Positions 14,101 through 29,100 of a DNA stretch of 64,000 bases are shown here, in pieces. The position numbers and the translations under genes were made by a program. The number at the start of each line of letters is the position of its first letter. The stretch's first letter is position 1. The notes beneath the pieces were generated by a model. That model saw only the letters and a program-made list of their open reading frames with translations, did not search any database and had not been told where the DNA came from. The stretch comes from Amoebophrya sp. A120 (Eukaryota; Protista; Dinoflagellata), in assembly GCA_905178155.1 (NCBI GenBank), contig CAJINV010000012.1:2825765-2889764 (forward strand), given 5' to 3'.

Positions 14101-17100
14101 ACTTGTAATGCGTTTCCCCATGCCAGGCATTTCCAATCGTGTTTTGGCATTTGTAATGCCAAAAATAGGATGAGCAGCTGGATTTGTGATGCGGATGTCC
14201 TTGCTAACATGCACTACACAGCGCACTGCAACTTGTCATGCGTGGCTCCCAAAGCCTCTGCATTTGTGTTGCTAAGTTCCCAACTTGACTATGGGGTGGG
14301 GACGTTTTTACATAATGATAAGATCTTCCAGCAGTTTATGCAGCTCCTTTTTCACCGAAAACCCGAACAGACCCTTCCCGTTTGCGCGGGATTCCTGGGC
14401 GGTGAATTCGATAATCCGTCTCTTCCTAACCGGCTCTAGTTCCGCGTCGAGACATCTGATATCCTTCAGCTCATCCTCGTACATCCTGGTCGCTTATGGA
14501 TGTGTCAGGATCGAAATCGACAAAGTTGGAATGATTTGCAGTGCATAAAATGGATGCCAGTTGTAACCCAGTTTCCAAGTGGCGCATGACAAATTTGGGT
14601 AGGGCCGAAATCCACTTTGTAGTGCTGTTTGGGTAAGGAAGACGCCTTTTGTCATGCTACTTCAGCAGCTCCATTTCTACCCAGGAACAGGCTTACAATC
14701 TGCCTCCCTTGCCTACTCTGCAAGACTGGCATTTTGTGGGTTGCATTTTACGCATGACAAACTATTTCAACTTTATCGATTTCAATTCTGACACATCCAT
14801 ATCACTTTCCGCACGCGTTTTATCGGCCGCACGAAGGCCGCGAAGGTGAGAAAAGAATTTCGCTTCCGATACAAGCTGTTGGGGACAAACCGCATGGTCA
14901 GTCGGACGGATTTATCGAAGCAGAGACCTCCAGAATACAACACCTCAGACAGTGTTCCCATCCCCGTTTTCCTGACTAAATTTTTCGAAGACGTTTTCTG
15001 CGAGGTGCCGACTCGGCGAACAATCTTCGCCAGGAGCGTTTCGTAATCCACGAACATCTTCTGTAACTCCGGCTGCATGTATAACCCGCTCAGGTGTTAC
15101 AATCTCAAACGTTACAATAGAATCTGGCATTTCTCTGGCATCATGAGCATGACAGAGTCGCAGACCGTTCCACTTTCTGCAATACAAATTTCGCCAGATT
15201 GTAGCGCGGTTTGGGACTCCGGAACTTGTCACGCGCAGTCCTCTGAGAGCTGGCTAGATCATGCATTTCTTGCATCACAGATTTCCAGACTCTACTGTAA
15301 CGTTTGAAATTGTAACGTTTGAGCAGGTCATAGCATGGCTTTCGCGTTCTTTTCCACGATCCGCTCGATCCGCCAATTGTTCTGCATATCAAATGCAGAA
15401 ATGTGCTCTGGGTCTGGAAGGATCCGAACTTGTGATGCGTGTTTCGGATCCTACAAAGATCTGTGATGCATAAACGTGCAAAAGGTGTCCACTTCTGGCC
15501 ATTCTGGGAGGGCTTTTCTCATGCAGAATACGCATCACCAAGGAGGTGCAGAATCTGTGATGCTAGGCCCTGCATTCCAGACGTGGGGCAGTTTCAGTTT
15601 GGAAAAACTGCATGACAAATCTCGGAGTCTCCCAGACCCAGACTACATATTTGCATTTGATACTGCAACTCCTGCAGCAAAAACGCGTCGGATTTCTGCT
15701 GCATCTTCGCGATGGCCGCCGCTTTCGGGTTGGTCGTGTTCGACCACGCTCGCGCGTAGAATCGGAACCGGCGCAGAAACATCCCTTTGATTAGTCGAAA
15801 CTTGTGGAGGAAGAACAATCTCGGTTTCCTATAATCCGCTCAGGTGTTACAATCTCAAACAAACGTCACAATTGAGTCTACTGGAACATGTCGTGCATAA
15901 AAATTAGCATGAAAGACGCGCAGAGCGTTCTACTTTCTGCAATACAAATTTCGCCAGATTGTAGCGCGGTTAGGGAGTCCGGAACTTGTCATGCGCGATC
16001 CTATGAGAGCTGGCTGGCTAATGCACTTCTTGCATTACAGATTTCCATATTCTATTGCAACGTTTGAGATTGTAACACCTGAGCGCGGTATATTTCTGGC
16101 TCCAGATCCACAGGGCGAAGACGACGCGGTACTCCTCCGTGAAAATGCTGTTGAGGATGATGATGAGAAACCCAAAGAGGAGCAACACGCGTATCCTGTG
16201 TAAGTAAAAACGTCCCCATAGCACCAGAGTTGTCATGCAAATGCGCAATGACAGGAAAATTTGGGATGCGCATCACCATGAGAGGCATTTCCAGTCGTGT
16301 TTTGGCATTTGTAATGCTGTAGTAAACAGGATGAGGAAATGGCTTTCTCATGCGGCCTTATTCCTTCTGAACCAGCACTACACGAATCCTGCAGATGGAA
16401 ACTTGTCATGCAGAGCTCCCGAAACTTGGGGATTTGTGTTGCAGACTTCCCATCTTGACTATCGTGTGGAAACGTTCTTACATAGGATAACGCGGAGGAT
16501 GAATCCATCCGCAATGAACGGGTTTAAGAGAACGAGAAAACATAAAGTCCCGTTGCAAATCCTCCGCACGCAAAATTCCAGAGTTTCCTGGTCTGTCTAT
16601 GGAAGCGTCAGGATTGAAATCGGCAAAGTTGAAATAATTTCTCATGCATAAATTGCAAGGCATGAAGTGCCTCGCTTGCTGGGATGGCAAGTGAGGCCGA
16701 CTGTCAGCCTGTTTGGGGTCTGCGGTAGAGCTGCTAAAGTAGCATGACAAAAGACGCCCTCTGTCCCCAAACAGCGTGACAAACTGGATTTAGACGGTGC
16801 CGAAGTTTGTCATGCACCGCTTAAAAATTGGGCTTCCAACTGGTATCGATTTTATGCATAACAAACTATTTCAAATTTGAGGTTTCAATCCTGACACTCC
16901 CATACTGTCCGGTGCTCTGGCAAAAAATCGTCCCGTTGCTTCACTAAAGCGCGTATGCAGTGCAAAAAGCTAGAGTAGCTTAATGGTGGTATATGAATTG
17001 CATGACAAATTTGCGCAGCATGAAAAATGAAATTTGCCATGCTGGTCTGGCTTGGGAAGTAGACATTTGTCATGCTGCTTGCCATTTTTAGCGAGAGTAC

Positions 17101-20100
17101 GAGATTACAACTCTTTTGCACAGGATAGCACGGTAGATCGGCTGATCAAGAAAATCGTCATCGTCGGAGCTGTCCGAATCTTGCCCGCCTTCTCCATCCT
17201 CCCCACCGCCACTGTTCTTCTTCCCGCTCGCCCTGCCCGCCGCAGCTGCCGCGTCCGCGGCTGAATCGTTGTCGAACGTGTATGCATTGCAAAAGTATCG
17301 TACTAGTAGAAATCGCATGAGAAATGTCCTCAGCATGAGAAATGGAATTTCTGATGCTGATTTACCTTGGGAATCAGATTTGTAATGCAAGACTGCGATT
17401 ACTACGAGTACGATAGTCTTGCACAACATAACGTGGTGTTTTTCACGAAATAAAACGGGTCGTAGTCAAACACGAAAATTTGGTTCATGTACTCGCAGAA
17501 CTTTGCCAAGAAAACCCCAAAAAAGGGGATAAACCAGAGATACAGCGGGATGATCTTACTGCCCTGTGTAATGATCAAACGCCGGTAAATATGCAAGAAA
17601 AAAACTGTGTATGTAAGTGTAACTTTCTTGGAGGAACAGCATCACACGTTTGCTCTGCATGACAGAGAAAACCTGTAACGTGTAGCTAGTACGTGAAAAC
17701 ACGTACGAAAAGAGCCCCTCATGCACGTCCAGCATGACAAGTGTAACAGTTTTGCATTTCCTGCAACACAAAGTTACACTTACACAGTTTTTTTCTTGGA
17801 TAGTAAAGCTGCTCGAAATCTACCAGGCGGAAGAAGGAAACGAAGCGGCGCTCGCGCTCGGGTTGGAAAGAACTTAGGGTGGTTTTACTATTTTTGCCAC
17901 CACTAGAAACAACAAAACCCGGCACGTCTTCCACCCCGTCGCGCCAAAGTCTATAGAAGTGTCAGAATCGAAATTGACGAAATGGAAAAATTTGTGATGC
18001 AGAAAATAGATACCAACTGGAGCCTCAGTTTGTAAGTGGCGCATGACAAATTTCGGGAGCACCCATATCCAGTCTGTCATGCTGTTTGGTGAAAGAAGAC
18101 TGCTCCTGTCATGCTACTCTGGCAGCACATTGCATACCCCTAAACACGCTTACAATCGGTCTCGTTTGCCTGCTCCCCAATACAGGCCCCCGGTGACCTG
18201 CATTTTATGCATCACAAATTTTTCGATTTTGTCGATTTCGACTCTGACGCATCCATAAAGTCTGAGACCGGAGTATGGGTCGGAGAACATTTTTTTCACA
18301 GGTATCCTAGGGAAAAACGTCCCCACCCCAGAGTTGTCATGCAAATTTGCATGCCAAAAAAGTTTCTCATGCGAAGCCCCATGAGGAGCTTTTTCTAGTC
18401 GTGTTTTGGGATTTGTGATGCTAGAAATGGCATGATATTCTAGATCTGTGATGCTTCTGAAGTAGCTAAACAGTATTATACTACGAGGACAAATCTGTCA
18501 TGCGAAACAACCAAAGTTGGCCGATTTGTCTAGCAGATTTTCCATCTTGACTCTGGTGTGGGGACGTTCTTACACAGGATAACAGGCTCCTCCTGTTCTA
18601 CTAGCATGCTGTTCTTCGTCGCTTTCAACCTCGAGTTTTTCCCATCTTCCTCCCTCATGTTTTCGTCGAACATCAAACTGCCCGCATCCAGCACATCAAA
18701 ATTCGTCTCCTTCGTGTATCAAGAAGAAAAATCCGCCCTCCCCATAACAAAAACGGAAATCTGTGATGCAGATTTGCGGCAACAAACCAGCTTTGTCATG
18801 CTGGACGAGAAAAGATGCGGACTGTAGTGCTGGTTGGCGTGAGAACGCCTTGCGTCTTCAGCATGACAGGAGGCAGCTGGAAGTGAGAAGCAGCATGACA
18901 AATCGCCTGCAAACGAGTTCACGCACACAACTGCGGCTCTTGGCCTTCTAGCATTACAAGTCGATTTGTGTACTCAAATACAGCATCACAAGTTTCGTAT
19001 TTCGATATGGGGAGGTGGGATTTTTTCTTTTGATATCGTGGGCATGAGGTTCAACGACTCGCCCAGCGGCACGAACCCATTGAGAAAAGCCTCGATTTTC
19101 AGCTCCGACGTTCTCGCGAGCCGGGACGGGAGCGTGTGTGGTTTGAAGGTCTCCCTCTCCGCGTCTTCTGGCGGAACTTTGTCTTTCGCGGAGAGAAGTC
19201 GGCTGTAGAATTGCTGATTCGGGTATTTGCCCATGTCGAGAAACTCATCTGCGATGGTCAGCGAGTGTTGGGGTTCTGATTTGAATGCGGTTTTTTTCTT
19301 GTTTTTCACGGGAGACGATGCTGGGGTCGTGATAGTTGGGATAAACGAAGCCGTTGTCGGTAGGGTTATTGCTTCAGGCAAAAATCCACCCCCACCATCT
19401 CCTGGTCCTAAAGCCGAGGCGGTCGAGGGGGGAAGCAGCGGGGGCGGGGCGGGGCGGCCAGGTGCTGTGAGTAGTCCACCTGTTTTCTGATCGAGAGCCT
19501 CTACTTCCGTGGTAGTAAACAACGGTGGGGGTGCTGCGGAGGGGCGGGGCAGGGTGCTGCTCTTGTTGTCAACAGCGGTTTCTGATGTTTCATTTCCCCT
19601 ATTCCCACTACTGCTTCCACCGGGCAAAGGTATTCTCTGCGTTTCCTCAAGCAGTAGAATTTCGGGCGAGGAGGTCGTAGCGGTTTTATGGTGTGTTTCT
19701 GCAGTTTCTTTCGGTGTTTCGCTCTTCCCACGGTCCTGATTTTTGTCAACATCATCTTCGGGCGAAAACAAGTAGGATCTTTTCCTCAGCACCGGCTCGT
19801 CTGTTGTTCCTTGAGAAGGGGAAGATTTTTTTTGCGGGCTTGAACGTGCATTGTCACGGGGTCTAATCTTATCGTCATCCACGGGAGAAATGGATTTCGA
19901 ATCCGAGTCCGAAAACCTCCCAGACCGCTTGCTCGACGAACTTTCAATGCTCTTCGAATCATCATCGACGTCAACTCTGTCGTCGTTGACATTTACCCCC
20001 CGTTGCACAAATGATGAAGATGATGAACCTGCAGAAGAGGATCCTCTTGCTGTGTAATGTTCTCCCTCTTTCTGCAGGATGTTGAACATGTGGGCCCCTG

Positions 20101-23100
20101 AAGAAAGAACTTCAACTTGTTCTTCTCTTTGTCCCACCATCAAACCAGGTCGTGGCAACTCTTGTTCCGAAGCTGACACCACACTCGCCGAGGAGGACGA
20201 TTTTGGACTTAAAACCGTCAACTCAGACTCGGCATCTTCATCGATGTTATGATCACCAACAGGAGCTTCTGCCCCACTTATTTTCTCCCCCAGGAACGCC
20301 CGTCTTCGCTTTTTGTAGTTTTTCGCACTGCCTGCACCAGAGGATGACGAAGATTGGTCGGTAGCAAAAGTGTTGTCAAGGTCTTTCACATTTTCAACGG
20401 TGTTGTCGTCCCTCGTGTACGTGGTATTCTCCTTGCGGCTGCGGGGGTCTGGTGGCTCTTTCTTCTTCGGCGGCGGGAGCTGCTTTTCTTCTTGTTCCGT
20501 CGGTGCTACAAGCTGCTTCTTACTGCTTGTTTTCCACCCGCCGGAAACTTTTCTTGGACAGCATGTGCAGCAGCTGTTGAAGCAGCATCTCCAAAACGCA
20601 GTCCACCAAGACGAGGCACGCTCTACTTTTTGCAGATTTTGCTGCTTCTGGTCATCACCATCAATAGCCTCCGGGTAGAAAAACTTCATTAACGCCTTGT
20701 TCTGTTCCAACCCGGCACCACCCGCTCCATTCTTGCATATCCGGCTCAGCTGTCTCCGCCGGGAAAAGACGTCGTCAAAATCCGTCAATTCCCCCGTTTT
20801 TGACACCTGTTTCCAGTCGAAAAAGCACTTTTTCTCCCGCCGACTGAAGAACAGAAATTCCTCGTCCCAATTTTTCAAATTGTTCAAATTATCAAGCTCA
20901 GTATCAAAAGCCTCTTTTGTTTCCTCCAACGCACGGGACTGTGGGGTTTCGAGCAAGATGTCCAGGTCTTCGTCGCAATAGCTCGTGTTTAATACACCGC
21001 GTCTGCTCGTCGTCGCAAGTTGCTGTGGTCCTGCGGCACCAGCACCAGCACCTTTCGGCGTTTTCATATTCCGCGACGCGGAGGACGATCCGCCGGCACT
21101 TGCGAGGGAGATCGGGCTTTTCACAGCGGCGGCGAGAAGTTTTTTGTTGTTTTTCGGCTTCTTCAGCAGCAGGCCAAAACTTTTGTTCGGCGTGGTGATT
21201 TGCACCTTCGCTGGGGATGATGATGTTTTACCACTCTTTTGGTCGCCATGAGGACGTCGAGGACCTACGTCAGCAGTAGAAGACTCGCTGTCGCTGCCGG
21301 AAGAGGAGGATCCACCTTCGTCTAGCTCACCTGTCCTCCCGTCTCGTCCCTCCTCCACCGCACTACTATTGTTGTAGAACTCCCCCGTGTGGATTTTCGC
21401 CTTTGCCTTAAAATTCCGCAAAACGTCCTTCTTGTCTTGGTACCGGTGAAACAGCAGGTACATCCACATGTTCGACCGCTGCACAATCAAATACCGCCAG
21501 AAGATCGCCGAGGGTGACCAGTTATGCATTGCAAAAGTATCGCACTCGTAATAATTGCGTTTATGCATTACAAATTTTCTTTTTCATCTTAAGGCAAATC
21601 CGCATTACAAATTTATTCTGTAATGCTAACTCAATTTGTCATGCAATTCATACTAGTACGATGCTTTTGCACAGGATACCAGTAGCCGAAGAGAATCATG
21701 GTCAAGTTCTTTACATGGGACAATTTCCTCGGAATCTGATTGAAAAAGTGGTACAACTTCTCATCCAACTCGTGCTCAAAAAGTATCGCAATAAAAAACT
21801 GTTCCACTGTGAACTTGTGATGCAGAGAACGAAGCACCAGAGTGTTTGTCTTGCTACATCTCTAACACAATGGATTTTCAAGCGTGTTTTCCCTTGGGAA
21901 ACGCGCATGGCAAATTTTCTGTGTCATGTGTGCCAAACTTGTGACGCAGATCTTGCAAAACCATCACAGTGAAACAGTTTTTTCACGGGATAAAAAGCTT
22001 GCGGTTTTTATTTTCCTGCTTCTTTGACGTTCCAGCAGTATCCGGCTTCTTTTCATCTGCCTTATTTGTAGTTGTTGTGTCTTTCTTGTTCTCCTTATTC
22101 TTCGGGCTCAGCGACAAAGCCCCCTTGGACGCGGCTGCCTGGGCGTTCAGAGAATTTTCCAGCTCTTCTATTACAATGAAAAATGCCCCCACCCCCGAAC
22201 TTGGGAGCATTTGTATTGCTCACCTTTCCAAATGAAACAATCGCCCTCTTGCATCTATCAGTATCACAGGTTTTCAATCATGAATTATAGCAAAACTTTG
22301 TATTGCAAAAGACCCCAGCAAGAGCGGGCCTTCATACAAGCGATGCGATACACGCTTAGACTCTGCATCAGCGAGATTCACACTCCTTTCATGCATGACA
22401 AAAAGTTTTCATTTGGAAACTTTGCATCACAAATTTTGGCAACTTTGGGGATGGGGGCACTTTTCACTGTAATATCTTCTTGCTCGGAAAGGATGATCGG
22501 CGGCGGCTTTGGCGAAGCGGATTGCTGTATCAAATGCAAAAATGTCTGGGTCTGGAAGGATCCGAACTTGTGATGCGCATTTTCGAACACAGAAAAATCT
22601 CTCATGCATAGGTAGCAAAAGCTGCTCAATTCTGTCACCAAAATGGGGGATTTCTCATGCGGGTTCGGCATTGCGGAGGCTTCTCGAAACCTGTGATGCT
22701 AGAGCTTCCATGCCAGACCTTCTGTGTCATGCACAAACAGCATGAATCTTCCAGACCCAGACATTTTTACATTTGATATGCTGCGATAACTCCGAGATCG
22801 TCTTTTCCTCCATACCAAAATTATCGTCCTCGTCGTGGTTAATATTTTCGCCAAAATCCTCTCCTTCCTCCACCACATACAAGCCCCCAGTACTTCTATC
22901 CGGTTGCTTCGCGAACTGGAAATTCGAATAGTAGCCGAGCTCGAACATTTTCTCCAGTTTTTTCTCGATTTCCTTCCCCGCTTTCTGCCTTCTAAGCTCC
23001 TTCAACTCGTTAGAAAACTGTTGTTTCTCAAAATCCTCGTCCTGTTCCAACTTCTCTTTCCACCACGTCTGCCTTTCCAGCGGGGACCAGGACCACGCCC

Positions 23101-26100
23101 GGCAGTGCTTCCCCGGCTTGCTACTCCAGACATTCGGGTAGAGGTAGAAGTGGGTCAAGTTGCTGTAGAAGTTGTTGCGTTCCTCCTTCGCCTCCTTGGC
23201 CCGTTTCCTCCGCGCGAAGAAGTTCAGCACCGGGTCTTGCCCGTACGTTTCATACAGCCAATGGAGAGAGAAAATCGGAAAGAGAATCAGGCTGTAAGTC
23301 CCGACTAAAGCGAAATTGGTGAGTACAAACGCGATTTTGACGAAAAAAACAGTGAAAACCGCGGTGGTCAGAGCGAGGATTTTCTTCCAGCTCCTCTTCT
23401 CCGATTTTTTCCACAATTTGGCTCGTTTTTGGAACAGGAGCTGCAGGGTCAGTTCCGTTTCGGTTTGGTGCTTGTTGGGTGGAGCTTGCTGCTTGTCGTG
23501 TTGGTGTTGCTCTCCACCTTCGGCCACAGATGAGGACGCAGCATCTTCTTCGGTGGTGAAAGTAGATTCGTCATCAGACCCGTACACTTCTTCGTCTATC
23601 AACCCATCGTCAAAAATCACATCCTCAAAATCTCCACCTCCATCCTCGCCCGCATAAACGCCTTTTCTTCTTTTCTTTTTCTTCTCTTTCTTGTTGATTC
23701 TCGCTAAAATGTTCCTGACCAAGACCGCGAGTTCCTTCTCCAGTAACTTGAACAGCGCCCAGTACCGGAAATCGACGCCAAAACGCTTTAGCCAAATCCT
23801 GAAGGTCTGCCAAACCCGTATCCGCAGCCAGTTGAACTGCATTTTCCGAAAGGAGATGTCTCTGTTGATTTGCTTCACGTACACGTAGCACTTCGGGGGT
23901 AAATGTCGTTCCAAAAAGCTCGTCTTCCTCTATCAAATACAAAAGTGTCTGGGTCTGGAAGCTTCTGAGACTTCTCACGCATGTTTTGCATGACCCAGGA
24001 TGTCTGTAATGCACGACCTAGCATCACAGATTTTTAGAGGACTTCCTGATGCCTACTCCGCATGACAAACGCTCTCCCCGCGTAGCGCAAACTTGAGTCC
24101 TCTTCCTGGTCATGATGCAATACAGATTTTTTTAGAGTCCAAAGTTAGCATCACAAGTTCCAACCTTCCAGACTCAGACACTTTTCCATTTGATATCCTC
24201 TGTAATTTCGCCATGCGCGTGCCCATGTGCACTTTCGACGCGGCTAATCCCCATTTCTTCTTTCCGACAGAAATCTTGTTATTTTCATCCCCATTTTCCG
24301 CGTGCTTCCGGATCCCCTCGCCAAACACGACCGGCTTCCGTAGCTCCAACAATTCTTGCTTTCGTCTCTTCGCCTCTGCGTCTTTCCTCTTCTTCCGGAG
24401 CTTGTCCTCCCTTCTCTCCGTCAAATACCTGTGCACTCGGGGCGCCAAGCTCCCGAACCAGTAATCTAAGTCGACCACGTACCGCCACCGGTGCTCCCCC
24501 TCATCGCCGTCTCTTTCCCGCACCGCTTCCGACCGGAAATCGAACACCATCTTCCGGTCGGCGTTCCGGTAGTCGTCCAGATTTTTGTAAAACTCCTCCA
24601 TGTTCCCGAATAGCGGGTGGTAGTTCCGCGCTTTTTGCTTTCTATGAGAGTGCACAACTCCCCCTCGTTCTCATTTCTGATGCACGGTCCCAAATCCAAT
24701 TGCTTCCTTGCGTCACTATTTATGCATGACACATTTCGAATTCGAAAGGAGCCCAAACAGTACTACAGTAGACCTGCATTAATTTCTTGTCATGCACAGG
24801 CTCCACGTGTGCTGGTGTTTGTATTGCTGTTCATGCAATACGAATGAGGGAGAGGCGGGGTTGTGCGCTCCCATACTTTCTCTGCTGCTCGTAAAACCCG
24901 GCGGATTTCTTGATTCGTATGGGGCTCTCAAACGTTACATTCTCAACTGTTACATGATTTGTCATGCAAAATGACAATGACCCGCCAGACTATCAAGCTG
25001 CTTCGCATGACAAATTCCCGGAGGGCTAAATAGCACTGTAATCCGCGCTAAACCTGTGATGCAAGACGCGCAAGGGTCTCCCTCTCACGCTCACCTGTGC
25101 TAGTCTTGCATTACAAATTCATGTAACAGTTGAGAGTGTAACGTTTGAGAACGCCATAATGCGGTAATAGAGATTTGGATTCTCGTACAAATCCCACCGG
25201 TTTTTTTCATCTTTCTCTTTTTTCTTGTTATCCTTCAGCTCCGCATTCCTGTCCTCAATCTTTTTCACCGGACTACCTGGCAACTGATCCAGTCTCTCCG
25301 GCATGTTTTCGCCCAACTTTACCCGGGTTCTCTCCGCTTCTGTTGTCTCCTCCCCGAGCATTCTTGGAATCTTCCTTTTATACTTCCTCCCGTCCCGCCA
25401 AAACCAGTCGAGCGCAACCAATAGCCGGCCGGATGTGCCTCGGGTTAAGAAGAAATAGAGGAGGATGGAAGAGAGAAAGAGTAGGTTGTAGCAAATGAAA
25501 ACCGAAAACTGTTCCTCTCTGTGGCAGAAAAAGCGTTTATTCAAATCCGGATTCAGCGTCACCCTCTGCATCAACTCCGCTATGGGGACTAGAGGCGTTT
25601 CGTCGAACGGGTTGAACTCGTTTGCGTATTCCATTTTCTTTCGGTTCGAAGGTTCGTTCTCCGCAAAAATCACTTGGCTGTTGTACTGCTGAATAATGTC
25701 ACTCACCGATTTCTCGGTCGATTGTCCCTGGCTTGTTCCGGAGAAGTCGATAACTAAAGAGATTTTGTCCACCACCCAATCCGTAAAACTGGCCGATTCC
25801 CCGGAAGTTAGTCGAGCGAACAGCAGCCCGAAGAGGAAGAAAAAGCTGTGCTGAAACAACACCGCCAAGCACTGACAAAACGCGAAGAGAAAGAAGTCGT
25901 AGAACCGGAGAACGGTGCTGAAGACCAAGCGCTGCACAGGCGGTTTCAGTAAGTGGAGGAACGTGATTTCCACTTGGTGCAGAAAAAACAAATCGCGGCG
26001 CAAAACCGTTAACACCACCGTGAAAGACACGGAACCCAAACACAGCGCGAGCAACACGCTCGGGGCTTCGCACTTCGGCAATAAGTAGTTGTAGAGCTGG

Positions 26101-29100
26101 AGGAAGACGTCGGACAGGAACCGGTCTAGGGTACTCAAAAGCAAGAACAGCCTGTACAAGATATCAAATGCAAAAGTGTTTGGGTCTGGAAGAGTCATGC
26201 TCTTTCTGCATGACGCAGAAGGTCTGGCATGCAAGCCCTAGCATCACAGGTTTCCCGAAGCTTCCGCAATGCCGAACCCTCATGACAAATCCCCCATTCT
26301 GGTGACAGAAAGTGGACAGCTTTTGCTACCGATGCATGAGAGATTTTTGTGTGTCCTGAAATGCGCATCACAGATTACATCCTTCCAGACCCAGACATTT
26401 TTGCATTGGATACAAGAAGCTGTTCAGCAACTCTTGGATCTGCGGGGACAGCCAGGTGAACTCCGGTTTTGGCAAGTCGTTCCAACTCTGGTCAATCAGG
26501 TTCGCGGTGGAAACGTTGCTGGAACGGAACACCCTGGAGTAGAGAGCCGCCCGCACCAGGAAAAAGTCCAAAACAAACTTGAAATACGTCGGGAAAATCT
26601 GGATCACGAGTAAGCGGACAAGAAACTTCAAAACCTTGCCGGTTCGGTGAAACTGCAAGCGGAACTCCCGCGCGGAGGTAAGTTTTTTCGGAATCGGCTA
26701 TCAACTGCAAATATGTCTGGGTCTGGAAATTGTGATGCTAAAACAACCGCACCGACAAAACACCGACTGGGAATTTGTGATGCTAAAGTGTGCATGATGA
26801 AAACACTCTCTCATGCAGGATGAAAGCATGACAAGTTTGCAGTAATCTTCTCATACGCACTCCGCAGGAGAAACTGCGTTTTTGTATGGCAGGAGAGGCG
26901 ACAACTTCTTTTGTTAGTGATGCAATACAGATTTTACACTAATGTATGGCCAGCATCACAAGTTGCAACCTTCCAGACCCAGACATATTTGCAATGCATA
27001 TCGGCAGTCTATCAACCAGTTGCTTCCCCGTTCTCTGGAACCATCTCGCGGTGCGGAGCGTGCGGCCGAATCGGGACAGCGGGTGGATATTGTGCCCGAA
27101 AAACTGGAAATATCCCTGATTCTGGTTGGCATTTGTATTCGAATTCGCGGCAGTGGTTGCATTGTTTTTGTTCTCGGCTGTCGATGTTACTTTCTTCTCA
27201 TTATTCCCCCCACTACCGCCGGTCATCAAAACCCTCGGAAAGGGCGTTTTGTAATTCTTGAACGTCGCAATCTCCGTCCACTCGTCAGAACTGTATCCGT
27301 CTTCCAAAATTGTATACGGGTTGGAATTGATCTTGCTGTTTTCCAGACACTTCTTGTTCTGCAGCACGATCTCCGGATCGGCCTGCATGCACTGCTCGAC
27401 CTGGTGAAAATCTTTCACTGGCAGCATCTGCACGATCGCCTCCTCGACCTTGTCTTTGTGCAGTTTCATCTGTTCTTTCGCGTTTTTTGCGGCCTCGTCT
27501 GCCTTTTCATTACCGTTTTGCTGATGTTCCCCACCACCAGCCGCAGCTCCACGCGTTTGTTTATTATTTTCCTCACCGGCAAGAGCACCAGCAGTGCCGC
27601 CCTCGGTTGTAGTTGTACTAGAATTCCCAGCAGCCGCACTTGTAGTTCCTCTTAGGGCGGAAAAATCGGCAAATCGCATCATTTTTGCAAGCGCGCTGTT
27701 TGGGGGGGTAACAAAAGTTTTTTTGTTGGGGGCGCAACGTCTTGGAAGTCGAAACGCCTCGCATGTCCCTTCATCTTTTCCACAGGACACATGATAGCTG
27801 AGCTTTGGAAATGCCGCAACACCAAGACCAGAAGCAGGCGACAGCGCTCTCGTGCTGTGCGTTGTCGCTCAGCTCGCCGGGCGCTGTTTCATGGGCCTGC
27901 TCTCCGAAAAGTCGCCGGGCCGCCTCCGTGACCGGGGCTCGACAAGGCCCGTCGCCCGGAAAAGAAGGCCCGGCAAGGGGGGTGGTCAGGGGGGTGCATT
28001 TTTGCCCCCTTCGGACACCCCTTCCGGGTACCCCTTCCGGGTACCTTTTCGGTAGCCTATGCCGGCCCCCGAATCCCCATTGGAAACTGCTGATTTGGCA
28101 TGTCCCAAAATGGTAGCCCAACGGTAGCCCAAGCGGACCCCCTTACCCCCCCCTCTTCGACACCCCCCCGGACGCACTCGACTGGCGGCGCGTCCGCATT
28201 TTCAACGTCCGGCCGCAGGGAAGAGATGAGAAGATGTCTGGGCGCGTACGGAATTGGATGTGGAAGAGGGGGCGCGGCTTCCCGCGCCGGAGTGCCGCAG
28301 GCCTGTGCAACTTCAGCAAAGTGCTGCGGTTCTATTGGAAAAAGGGGGGGCCGGATGGCGGACCCTGACAACGAAGAGTGGCGCCAGCATCTACATGGCC
28401 GACACGAAAAAAAGCAGTAGCGACACCCCCACCAGCTATAATTTTTTTTGCCCCCCCAATATGCGCGCCCTCGGTCGTTGTACTAGAATTCCCAGCAGCC
28501 GCACTTATTCCTCCTCCTGCTCCCCCATACAACTTCCGATCTCTCTCCGCCTGTTCTTTCATTTTCTTCTCCAAAAAAATTTCCTCCTTCAAGATTTCGG
28601 CCGCGTCGACTGGGTTCTTTTCTTTCAAATCCTCCGGAATGAACTGCTTCTCCTTGAAGTTTTTCAAGTACTCAAATTTCCCGAAGTAAATCAGCTTCGC
28701 AAACTATCACAAGAAAAAAGTGTTACAATTTTTCACATTTGTTGTAACTTCAGCAACACAAATTTTCTCTGCATGAGAGGGAAAACTTGCAATGCACAGA
28801 CCATAAGGAAAAACACGTATGAAATGAAGCTGCGAAGCATTTCTGGCATGACAGAGGTTGTCTGTCATGCTGGGCTTGCATAGACTATGTGTAACTGTAA
28901 CACTTTTTTCTCGTGATACAAACACCAGATTCCGGTCGAGAAAAACGATTTTCTCCAATCCGAAGAAGAAATCCGAGAGTAAAATCCGGTTTGTCACAAT
29001 CTCCGTAATGAAAATCTCCATGATCAAGTAGTAGATCACCCTTACCGGCAGGTAAAACACTAAAAAGCTCCCGAAAATCACACAGTTGATATAAACGAAG

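Noticed and set aside
28098-28125. Possible relic of the dinoflagellate spliced leader (CCATTTTGG on the minus strand)
   Set aside because: Only a 9-bp exact core, inside a repeat element and not at a gene 5' end
27599-28506. ~40-bp direct repeat (GCCCTCGGT..GTACTAGAATTCCCAGCAGCCGCACTT) as a giant TSD around the GC-rich insert
   Set aside because: The TIRs lie further inside (~27695-28461) and the intervening 27642-27690 reads in frame (LAKMMRFADFSALRGTT), so it is more simply a coding repeat SAAAGNSSTTTEG
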